Of a DNA stretch of 64,000 bases, positions 38,756 to 48,941 are shown in pieces; the first letter of the stretch is position 1, and each line of letters opens with the position of its first letter. This DNA comes from Dudresnaya verticillata (Eukaryota): contig OZ374558.1 of assembly GCA_977862235.1 (NCBI GenBank), positions 1,302,001 through 1,366,000 of the forward strand, given 5' to 3'. The position numbers were made by a program, and so were the translations under genes. The notes under the pieces are model-generated. The model did not search any database, was not told the DNA's origin, and saw nothing but the letters and a program-made list of their open reading frames with translations.

Positions 38756-39640
38756 GGTGTCAGCGATTTCGTATCGGGTGCGCACTGTAATTCGAATACC
38801 ATCGTGGCACGCGCGATCACGAAGTCAGCTCGAAATTCGCCCGGGGGTGTTGAGGTGTAGTGAAACTCACACCTGTAAGGAGAGCTGATCAGGTAATCCC
38901 AATACGGAGTGATCTCACACGGCACCGGGGTGGTAGAGCTTAGTTCGTAGACCGAAGGGAGTACCTCGAGCGGCAACACCTGTAAGGAGTAAAGGGACGC
39001 AACAGACAAGGGGGACGGTACAGTGCCAGGGTAGCTACACCGGGATGGAGGTAAGAGGAATCTGTGCACGGGGTTGGCGAGGGGAAACCGTGAAGGAGTA
39101 TGAGGGTAAGGCTTAGGGTAAGTCACCTTGCCCAGGGTTGCGTACCCGTTTAATGTAGGACTCGCGGTGGCCACCCATTAATATACTGGGAGATATGTCC
39201 CGCGGTCCGGTCCGTGTGGGCCAGACCTCAATGGGTCTGGTCCACCAGGTGGGTCCGGCCCTACTGGACCCGGTCACCGTTGCGGACATGCTCGGCGTTC
39301 TCATTGGCCGGCTGACACTACGTACTGTACAGCATCATTAAAATTACCTAATTACAAATAAATCAACTCCTTGGCTCCTATTGGTGGTGCGCGCAGACTC
39401 CAGCAGGGCGTACAGTGCTACTGTGTCGCTGCACTCCCGTTCGGTGTTTGGCGCCAGCTCACCGGTGCGCCGGTCGCGAGTCGGCTCAACCGTCGTCGGC
39501 ACTCCACAACGGCCGCTTCACCACAGGTGTCAGCGATTTCGTATCGGGTGCGCACTGTAATGCGAATGCCATCGTGGCGCACACACAGTATGCGCACTGT
39601 AATACGTTTGCCATCGTGGCGTGCGCATTCACGGAATCAC
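38756..39640. repeat. Short tandem-repeat array split by a solo LTR
   Basis: GGTGTCAGCGATTTCGTATCGGGTGCGCACTGTAAT at 38756 and 39526; further GCGCACTGTAAT..GCCATCGTGGCG units to ~39625. Confidence 0.7.
38851..39525 (-). mobile_element. Solo LTR of the Gypsy family at 53020, 675 bp, TSD GGTGT
   Basis: Colinear and highly similar to 53020-53693; TGAGGTGTAG...CTTCACCACA; GGTGT at 38846-38850 and 39526-39530. Confidence 0.93.
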
Positions 39641-40424
39641 TTCGAAATTCGTATTTCTCGAGTATTTTCACGTAGACCACGGAGTCATTTTGCGCACAGC
39701 GTCTATTCCACAAACACAGTCTCTCTTTTTCAAGTGGGCGATACGTGGTTTAGTAATATGGCGCTACGAGCCGTAGCCCTCTAAACGACAAGGAAAGCTG
39801 TCCCGTGCGTGCACACACCTTAACGAGGGTAGCTCAAAATGTGGGGTTGGCAGAGACTTGAGGGAAAAGGAAAAAGGACAGCGTGCCTGAGGGCCTGTCT
39901 GAACACAGACCACTTTGCTTCGCGTCACTCCCTCTCTGCTACTTGGCACAAATCCAGTGGTGCGTTGATAATAATTTAAACTTGGCTTGAGGGGCAGCCT
40001 GGGAATGAAAATTACAGTCCTGCGCAGCGATCATAGTCAGAACGAGCACTTGTCGTGCTGATAGGCAATGCCCGCCACGCTCCGTGGCGCTATCGGAATA
40101 CGTGTTACGCATCCTATCGGCAGGCCTGATCCGGATCCGTACTTCCAAAATTACAAAATCTGCGTCCCCCTTCGCACCCCCGCTACCAGAAAGAGCCGAA
40201 CGTCTGTCCAAAGCAACCACCCACAAGTGCCTTCTCTCTGGATCTGCATTCGGATGCCACGAACCGGTACCGTCTCGCCACATCCTCTCCGAACCTCCCG
40301 TCTCGTTCCATTCTCCCTGAACGTTCCGGTCTCAACCCGACTGCACTCGGTGCATCTACCTAACCACATCTCTAACAATTTCTCTCTAACTCTCTCCTTT
40401 CCTGCCTGCATAAATGTTACCTGA

Positions 40425-42024
40425 ATGGCAGAAGCCGAAAGCGAGTCAAAGGGCTTCGAGTGAAGAGCCAATTCCCATGGAGCAACCTGTCCCTCCAATT
40501 CTCTCTCCCCTTCCACGGCGTTCAGCACGTTTCAGTCGTAAGAGGCCACGAGATGATTCTGAGTCTACCGAGAAATCCCAAGATCCTCCAGGACAACTTC
40601 AAGAAAACTGTCCCGCAAATGAGGACAGCATGGTCATTTTACAGGGATCCCCTTCAGAAAGCCGAGAGCACTCGTTGGTCCATGTATACAATTGTCTCAA
40701 AGACCTTACGAAGGTGGACTTGCAAGTCAATTGCAAGAGTGTGGAAACGAAAAAGAAGTGGGAAAACGTTGCTAGTTTATCGACTCTACCGCTACGTTCA
40801 GTATCAAGTACGGGAACTCGATCGCGACTTGTCTGCAGTTGTTCTAGCAAATAAAAATTTTCCAGATATCAATGAAAGAGTTAAAACCGGGAAAACGGAA
40901 ATGTGGACCTTTAGGACCCTCCATCAGGTGCACAAGTGGCGTTTGAGTTGGAAAACAGCGGGGACCCTGCTGAAAGCTCTTTTCAACCGTCACCGTCTTT
41001 AAATGGGATGGGCGCAGAGCCAGAACATTCCGGCGAAGCAAACAACGAAGCAGACGGTATTGTCGCTGGGTCAGGTCAAGGTGAGGAAACCCCCATTCTA
41101 ACGTGCGATGCGGCCGCTCCTGACTTTTCTATTTCCGAGTTCGCTTGTTTGATTGTGATTCTTCGAGAAGACGCTGTTGTACGAAGGGCACTATTTCTGC
41201 TTTCGCAAGAGCTACGCAGGCTACAGTTGGACGCAGGGATTTCTAGGGGTGACTACTGGGCAACAATTTCAGAACGGTTCAACGACCATAACGTGCCCCG
41301 CGTTTTTCATTTTCTAGATCTGTCGATGAGGCCGATTCCTCCCTTGTGCCGCTTGTGTATCGCAATGCTGGTACTTTAAAGTCCTACTTTCAGCAAGCAA
41401 GGTCAAAATTTACACTGTTCAAAGAACGATGGGCTGTGTCAGGGAACAAAGACCCCGGCAACGTTTCCTAATGTTTTGGTAAGAACTGGCCAGAGGCTTA
41501 CAACTATGTCTAAACGTGTTTGGATCGTCTTTACTGTGGCTCGCGTTGGTACTGCAAATGAAGATGCCGAATTCCTGCGGAGCACTTCCAAGGTCATGGC
41601 GCCTGGTGTGGGATATGAAGAGGGAGTTGACATGCGATCAGGAGGCGAAGAACGCCACCGAAGGCGAAGCAAGTCTAGGGATGCATCCCCTTTTGATGCG
41701 GCAGGGGATTTGTGCGGGGAGATGAGGACAGTTGCAACAGCAGTTAAGGAGATGGTGAACAATGATGCGATGAGCATGCGTGTTTCAGGTATTTCTGCGG
41801 ACATACAGGAGGAGGAGGACTTAGAACGGCTAATAGATATGGTGGAAAAAGCGGAAGAAAGGCTTGCCAGAATGAAGGAGAAGCCGCCGTCTGTGCTTAA
41901 AAACCAGTTTGTGGCGCTGGCAAACGATCGATATCAACGCTTGCTTCAAAAATACTTGAAGCGCTCAAAGCCAGACGCAGCTGGTACGACTGTTCCAGTC
42001 GCTCTTCCGGAGGAACAAATCTGA
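40425..42024 (+). pseudogene. Harbinger accessory DNA-binding protein (SAP-like plus Myb/trihelix-like), frameshifted
   Basis: LKDLTKVDLQVNCKSV..SGKTLLVYRL (SAP-like); GDYWATISERFND..TLKSYFQQARSKF..WAVSG (Myb/SANT-like); C-terminal coiled coil. Confidence 0.6.
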
Positions 42025-42514
42025 CACCCTGACCCTTCTGAGCTCGTCTAGACCTCGTGAGTCTCTTTTGTACATACGTGATGTGTGGATTTTCCAAGGC
42101 AAGCTTAAGCTTCGCAATTGCGAACATGCATATTGCATGTTGACCGCGGTCATGACCACGGTCGATGCGGCATGCGCGCCGCGGCAAAGGGCGCCTGTGT
42201 TTGGAATCCGGCGTGCTGGAAGCCATCAGGCTATTCAAGGAGTAGAGTAGTAGCAGCCGTACTTACGACGGCGGGTGCACCATGGTGGTGGGAATGCAGT
42301 TCGCATGCAGTTCGCGATAAGTTTGCTTAGATGGGCTGCGCATTTTCTTGTGGAGCTCTGAATTTATCGTGCTTCTGTGTCTGCAAGAAGCCTCACTATT
42401 CGACTTTGTCTTCAGGCTAAACATACAACAGGTTCGTTGGGAAGCTAAGTTGGGAAGCTAAATAGCTCGCCGTCAGTTTCACTAACTCGCTTCTTGCTTA
42501 CCCACCTTGCGAAA

Positions 42515-42765
42515 TTGGAAATCGGCGGCCTTGGCGACCAGATTCGGCAACTTCGAGAGGTTTTCGAGCTACCGCTCACCAACCCTGAGCTTTTCCAGCA
42601 TGTCGGCATCAAAGCGCCAAAGAGAGTGCTGCTGTTCGGACCGCCCGGCACAGGCAAGACGTTTCTTGATCGCGCAATCTCGTCAAATCTAGATGCAGTT
42701 TTTCTGAAGATTGTTGCGTCTGCAGTTGTCGATAAGTACATCGGAGAGAGTGCGAAAGTAATAGC
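42515..42765 (+). pseudogene. Captured fragment of a 26S proteasome AAA ATPase (RPT4-like)
   Basis: [65 protein letters not shown]; stops before Walker B. Confidence 0.85.
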
Positions 42766-42774
42766 GCAAATAAC

Positions 42775-43237
42775 CAGCCTTTTCCCGATGAGGAAGAGGA
42801 TCCGCCGCTGACAAAAGATCTTTGTCCTCGAGCAGAGAGAAGAGGCAAGGAGACAGCGACGGCTCAAAACACGCGGGTCAGCTCGCCAGCGCGAACTTAC
42901 ACCCGCAAAGGCGGCTGAGAAGCGCTTGGAGCAAGTAGAGCAGATAATTGCTGAGACGAAAGGTGATCCAGAGGCGCCAGTGGTGATGATGAGGCATTGA
43001 ATCGATCCCCTGGTGGCAGCGCAACCGGCAAAGGAATCTACGGTCATAAATGTGCGCAACCCGGAAGAGGAGCTGGTGCTCCATGAAACACCGTTCAAAG
43101 ATGGACGATATGGGGCATGCTTCAACTGTGGAGCTGCTGTGGTGATACCGGGTTTGGCACAGTTTTACTGTGAGCAATGTGGGTGGATACGGCGGCCAGT
43201 AGAGACGAAGACGATTTCTCCAGGACACCACGACTAA
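42775..43237 (+). pseudogene. Captured 3' fragment of an unknown gene: coiled coil plus C4 zinc ribbon
   Basis: EQREEARRQRRLK..KRLEQVEQII..*..YGACFNCGAAVVIPGLAQFYCEQCGWIR. Confidence 0.5.
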
Positions 43238-43654
43238 GGACGACGCCGAATGTCAGCACGAATCAGAATTGGCGGGTGGGGCTTTTCACGCTAGACAGTT
43301 GGCACCATGCGCAACTGTAGAAGAAGAAGAAGAAGTTAGTGCGTTGAAAGGAATGTGTGGCAGAGCGGCTTCGATGTTTGTTGGAGTTGCAGGTAAAGGG
43401 GCAGGCGGACAAGGACTGCGTACAAGGATTAGTGTCGCCTGATAAAAACGGGGTAGGGAGATTTGATGCCAAAAAAGGGCCGTTTTTTACCAGCGACCAT
43501 CGCCAAACGTGCATGATTACGGACACGAAAAGACGCATCGTGCAGCACGCGCCCTGCCTTTGCCCGCGCCCCTCGTGCAAGCGTCTCTCGTACAAGCGTC
43601 TCTCGCACATCCCAGACCAGCAGGAAAAACAGCTCTGGCAAGGCAAGGCTGCGG

Positions 43655-44067
43655 TCAGCGCTTCTTGAGGGTCCCAATAAGCTCCATCTCGTCCGGGTGC
43701 CACAGATAGGTGCCGAGGCAGTTCTTGACCTTGTTGGAGGCGTCTGCGTGCAACTTCTGTGCACTGTCGATGCACACAAAGGCCGGTCGCTTGAGCGTGG
43801 CCCAGTTGGCCAGCGTGGCGTCGCAGTCTGCGCACGTTGTCTTCGAGTACATGCTTCGTAACTCTTTCATGCAGTCCTGGTGCGTGGCCTCGACGTCGGC
43901 GCGCGGGTACGACTTGCCCAGCTTGGAGGGCGACTGCGCCTCGGCGGAAATGGGTGCAGGGGTGTGAGGGCTCGTTGTTTGGCGGTGCGGCGGCGGGGGC
44001 GTGGTTTGGGTGCGAAGCGGGCACTCGCAGTTGTCGGTGCGTGGAAGACGGGTGGGTGGGATGACAT
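43655..44067 (-). pseudogene. Captured small ArfGAP-like zinc-finger gene
   Basis: CADC-X16-CIDS spacing with NWAT and KVKNC..W; fourth Cys read as Ser and the Arg finger as His. Confidence 0.7.
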
Positions 44068-45204
44068 CCCATCCCTGGGAAAACGACCGACGCGTACGCG
44101 TCGGTCGTTTTAGGTGGACAAGTGCTTCTAACGTGGTCCGGTTGCGTTGAAATGGTGCTGACTGTCACAATGGCACCAGTGGTTGGGGTTTGTAGGGTTG
44201 TGTTGAAGTGGTGCCCGCAGTGTGAGGCGCTATTGGTCACGCTGTCGTCACGCATCAACTCCAGCAATGGTGTTGCTTGAGATTTAAACTGCAACAAGTG
44301 AAGCAAGACGGACATGGCCATCGTTCCGAAGGAAAACAAAGCATTAGGATTGAGGGCGATCATAGTGATTAGTTTTGTTAACAGGTTTCTTGGTACGGGG
44401 AAAACACTCGAGTGAGCAGCAGCGACCTTCCCGATCTTGAAAAGCGTTTTACCCACGGCGCTCCCAAAGTTATGCAGAACTACAATACCATGATATAAGA
44501 CGAAGCCCGTCGGCCTGGTTGGTCTTGGCGTACTGCGCGAGCGCCAGCTGCGGCTGTCCCCAGTGTATCACCCAGAGCTCGTACGCGGCGCGGCGCAGAA
44601 ACGTCGGCCATGGGTCGACGTCTGTGACCCCCCCTCCTTGGCGTACTCGTGGATAGAATCCGGCTCCTCGCTGACGCTCTAAAACGGGATATCGCCCCAC
44701 TTGAGAGTCTTGGCATCCAGGCTCTGCGTACTCCGCAGCTGGCCCTAGGGCCTATGGAAGGAGCCTGCGTGTGAGGGGCGGGGTGAATCGAGGGTGTCCC
44801 GATCGCTGGCGCCCCTGTGAGATTTGTACGACCCCGTCGCATCGGCTGCCATCGCCCGGGCAAGTGGCCGCGTGCCTTAGGGGTTTCAACTGCAAACCAT
44901 TCCCCGGAACACGTTCTCCTGATAACTGCGATCCCACCTCCACCCGGCCATGCTCCGCAGCCATGCACCGCAGCAGTTTTTTTATCACCGTAGCCGTATA
45001 GTGACAGCGAAGTACATAAATCAAAGGAATGCATAAGAAAGTAGTTAGCTTGAGCATAAAGATATACCTTCGTATACAAAAACGACTTACCCCGCGCGTT
45101 GGTGGTTTCGCAATTGCTCTTGGTTAACCAGATGAGACGAGTCGCTTCTTCACAAACACAGCAGCACCAGGCGGCGCATACCAGGAGTTTCTTGTTCCTG
45201 TAGT

Positions 45205-45830
45205 TTAGGGTGAGGAAGTACATCGGAAGCATGACAAGGTGGTTAGAAACGTCGACGTGTCGACAAACGCGTTTGAGCGATCGCTCATTTCGAATGAATC
45301 AAACACATGCTTGTTGAACGGGATCGCAATACGAAGATTTCCAAGAGAGTCAGGGTCATCACCTGCATCCTTACCATAACCCCGTATCGCACCAGAGTAC
45401 GCAGTAAACAGCAGATAATTGATAGCAATGCCCAACCCGGTGCTTTCCTTCTTCAGAGTGGAAACAGTAACTTGTTCTGTGGCGCGCAACGCGCAGAGGT
45501 TCGTATCTGTAACCGATGCACGGGTGAGAAGAGAGCTCGCCTCGCGGGAAACGACTGACTTATAGAAGATGTGAACAGTATTGCGCAATAGACGCCGAAA
45601 GTCTCCAACAGCCGTTGCAGCACGCCTTTCAGCTGCTCAATCTTATCCCGAGACTGTGGGTTTGACCTTCGCGTCGTAATAAGCAACTGGGTGGGCTCTT
45701 GATTTTCGTCCAGGTCGGCAATGGGGGCGAAGTAATTGAGAAGTCCCATACCGTCCGATAGGGAGTGGTGCACGGGCAGCAGACAGTGCTGCAGGACGTG
45801 GCGGCCCGGACTGCAAACTCGCGGAAGAGA
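45205..45830 (-). pseudogene. Captured wax-ester-synthase/DGAT-like acyltransferase fragment
   Basis: LLPVHHSLSDGMGLL (HHxxxDG), then in another frame TLKK..GIAINYLLFTAYSGAIRGYG..LRIAIPFN..SNAF, resembling WS/DGAT TINDV..GALRxY..PVN. Confidence 0.65.
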
Positions 45831-46093
45831 TGGACGCACTACAACGGACGGATGGCGTCGACCGGTGTAGAAACGGGCTGCAAGAGGTGTGGCTGTGGCC
45901 ACACGAAGCGAGTTGTGAAGGCAGGGAGGTGGGACTTATGCGGGTTGTCCGGCAAGATTGGGGATTTCTCGACGAGGGGTGGGTCTAGCTGGGAAGAGAC
46001 CGGTCTCTCGGTGCGGTAAAGAACTGGAACGAAGAAAGAATAAATAACTGGTTAGCTTGAGCCCATAACACAACAACGCAAATATACGTACCT

Positions 46094-47420
46094 CTAGGTC
46101 GACACCACGTCAGGGCGTGCCAACCTTCTCTCCTTAAGGATCTGCACCATCATATCGCGCATTTTGGAAAGAGTAGAAAATCTTGCGATTCTTCGTGTCC
46201 GACCCGCAGTGCCCGATTGACAGGCGATTATACTTCTGACTTCGCCTATATCTTCCTTTGCCCTGTCATACCACTCTTCCGACTGCGAAAGTACTCGCGA
46301 CATCTCCTCAAAGTCCGTAAAACGCGTGATTCCCGCTTTTTCATCCATTTCTTCGTCAATTATGAAGTTGTGAAGCTTCATAGCTAGGCATATTATCCTG
46401 CAATCCACATCGTTGCTAAATTCTAATTTGCAGCAGCCTCCACTTAGCCACTAACATCCCAAAGGCCTGCTCTACGTGCATTCGCAACGATGATTGCCAA
46501 AAGTTAAAGGTGTCCTGCCAAAATGTAGCTATAATGGACGAAAAAGGAGTGATGAGCCACTCAGTGCATACATAAGCTTCATCCCCGGCTATCCAAAAGC
46601 CTAAACGTAGTAGTCCAGAAGCCAAATATTGCCCAAGTTGCGACACAGAATGCACCAATGAGTCGTGCGTACTGCCAACACACGTCGCCGAGAAAGACAA
46701 AAAGCGATAACGAGCGTCCACAGCGGCTTGGACGGGTATGGCATGTGCACATGGCATAATATGCCTTCCGGTATGCTGCCGGGTTTAGATCGCTTTCTGG
46801 CTTCCGTATTCTGACTGCAATTCCATGCAGAGCTCCCACACATCCTGTGAGAGGGCTACCTGGTTTTCGAGACATTGTAAATTCTTCTGAAGCTTGGCAT
46901 AAAGCAGGGTAGGTGTTAGGGAGTCCGGGCAGCATCAGTCGCTTATTGAGGCTGACACAGGTTGTGTGGAATACTTCATAAACTGTAGATTTGTGAACCT
47001 GGAACAAAGCTACCAAATCCAAGTAGCTAGCACCAGAAAGCATTCGCAAGGTAATTCCTAATCGCATTGCGGGACATATTGTAGTTCTGCGTGATCGTCT
47101 TCCCATCTCCACATTTCGACTTATGTCGTTTCTGACTACAGAAAGTAGCTTGTAAAAACAACGCCTTGACATTCTGTACGCATTGCGGAACATCGCATCC
47201 GTGTAGAAAGAAGAAATAGATTCAAACGTTAGTTAAGGACGTAAAGGGTGTGGTATTGTTTGGCTTCGAGAGGGCCTCCTCAAATTGTGCGATCCGTCCA
47301 AATGCTTGAGGACCTTTGCGCACGCAGACAGCACACTCATTCCGATAAATATTCGACTGAGTCGCGCGCGGCGGGCTTTCGCGTAGATAATGCGACGGTG
47401 CTCTAGAGGATACATCCTGT
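46094..47420 (-). pseudogene. Harbinger DDE transposase (DDE_Tnp_4-like), frameshifted
   Basis: FRNAYRMSRRCFYKL; GCVGALHG (first D read as H); VQAAVDARYRF..GSTHDS; IAGDEAY; FNFWQSSLRMHVEQAFGMLVAKWRLL; CMKLHNF-like AMKLHNFI. Confidence 0.92.
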
Positions 47421-48384
47421 AAACAGAACGAGTTAGCAGAATGACGGAAGGCGTTGTATCACCATTAGGAGGGAAGGGCAGAGCAGCACAGCGCCCGCCG
47501 TCGTTTGGTTTCATAGTGTGCATGTACCCCGCCGGCTGTACAGGGTGGTGCGGTCGGACGTTGTGGCTGGATGCGCGGGTGTTAGCGGCCGCGCTGCAGG
47601 CGTTAACGCTGCGTCGAGGCGCCGTCCCCCGTCAGCGGTTTGGGGGAACGCACACAAGGCGGGCAGGGCACCAGCCATACAAATTGGCAAAAATCAGCCC
47701 CAGTCAAAACGAACGGATCCGGATCAGGGCCGAGGGGGTCGGTTCAAATTCTGCGCATTACAGAAAGACGGCGCCGTGCCAGCGGAGAGAATATTAGAAA
47801 ACTTAATAAAAGAAGGGAGGGCGCGACGAAAAAGCCTCCGTTCAGACAGGCCCTGAAAGAGAGGGGAAGAGGGAGACGCCAGCGTAACACTCGTAGAGTA
47901 CAAAGCCGAGCGAGGCTAAAGCTTGTAAAGCACCTGTAAGGGGGAGTACCGTGAACCCGTGTAGAACAAGGGTACAGACCCGAAACCCACCGTGGGGTTC
48001 TATTTCAGCCGACCCCCGTCTAGTCAGGGGCGCAATAAATATGGCGAACGCCGAAAGCGCCTTCGCCACTACTCCTATTCTAAGCTATCGTAGTTAGCGT
48101 TACTAATTACAATGAGGGACTGAGCGGTCGTACTCTGAAACGAGATACTCCCCCGATGCCTCCGCATCCCTGCCTCGGCCCTCTCGGCCTCTCCCTTTAT
48201 TCAACTACCTACTCGTAGTAGCCCTGATATTTCCAGGGTGTGACCTCGGGAGATTACTCTCTTACAGTACAATTTCGTAAGTAACCTCAGAACAACAACC
48301 CCTCTCGGGTCATTGCTGGCGGTGCATATGGATAAGGCCTCACACCCCTCCTCACCGCCAGATTAATTAAAATACTGTTTTCAT

Positions 48385-48451
48385 TTTGCAGATTCGAACC
48401 CGAGACCTGCATTCTGCGAGTTGATCAAATAGCCCACTCGGCTACAACGCC
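48385..48451 (-). ncRNA. tRNA-like sequence (Pol III A and B boxes), not a complete tRNA
   Basis: GGCGTTG-TAGCCGAGTGG (A box)...GGTCTCG-GGTTCGAATC (B box); no matching 3' acceptor strand. Confidence 0.5.
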
Positions 48452-48941
48452 GTCATTATATTTTTCTTGGATTTTTCTTCGATCACATTATGACACGTGT
48501 GACACGCGCACACAATGGCCCGACTAATGGCCCTTCCTGGGTCATTTTTGGCAACTTCTCCTATAAGTAGAACCGTTTTCGCCTCTTACGCAAGGAATCG
48601 AAGCTGATCTCTTGGGGCCCTACCAGGAGCATTGAGAACCGCCGGTCTTGACCGCGGAACAGGGTTGTCGTTCGTAATGCCCCGCTTTGTGATCCACTAA
48701 AAAGATGCAAACCACCAATGACCATAAGGTGCAGCGAGGTGGGGAAGCAAAGTAAGAGGTCCGGGATTCTTTTTGCTCCTCTACCTTTCCACGCTCAAAC
48801 TGACCACAATGCGCTTGCTTCTTTGCTTCTTTTTGCTCACTGCTTGCGAGTTGTTCACAAACAACAATTCAGATTTGCTGTACCCCTGACCTACCCGTCA
48901 GGGGCCGCGCCTCTCGCGCTGCATTTTGTATCGTGTGATGC

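Larger units (their letters stand above)
39891..47853. mobile_element. PIF/Harbinger DNA transposon, 7,963 bp, with captured gene fragments
   Basis: TIR GGGCCTGTCTGAAC (39891-39904) / GTTCAGACAGGCCC (47840-47853), imperfect to ~45 bp; TSD TGA; convergent accessory ORF and DDE transposase. Confidence 0.92.
39750..48110 (-). repeat. LTR remnant split by the Harbinger element (39750-39890 plus 47857-48110)
   Basis: The joined flanks align with 21590-21915 (GGTAGCTCA..GGGGTTGG.AGAGACTTG, TCAGGGGC..AATAA.TATGGC). Confidence 0.6.

Noticed and set aside
38756..39640. CRISPR-like array or a long TSD
   Set aside because: Irregular tandem units; the true TSD is 5 bp (GGTGT).
42494..42811. Functional proteasome subunit gene
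   Set aside because: Only ~80 codons, no Walker B or C-terminus, inside a transposon.
43100..43237. C4 zinc ribbon as TnpB/Fanzor
   Set aside because: No following D-R-D..NAAxNI RuvC-III motif and no RuvC-I/II upstream.
43263..44456. 397-aa ORF as a real gene
   Set aside because: It crosses separate cargo pieces and the ArfGAP signal is in a different frame.
48385..48451. Functional tRNA gene
   Set aside because: Acceptor and anticodon stems do not pair; reported only as tRNA-like.
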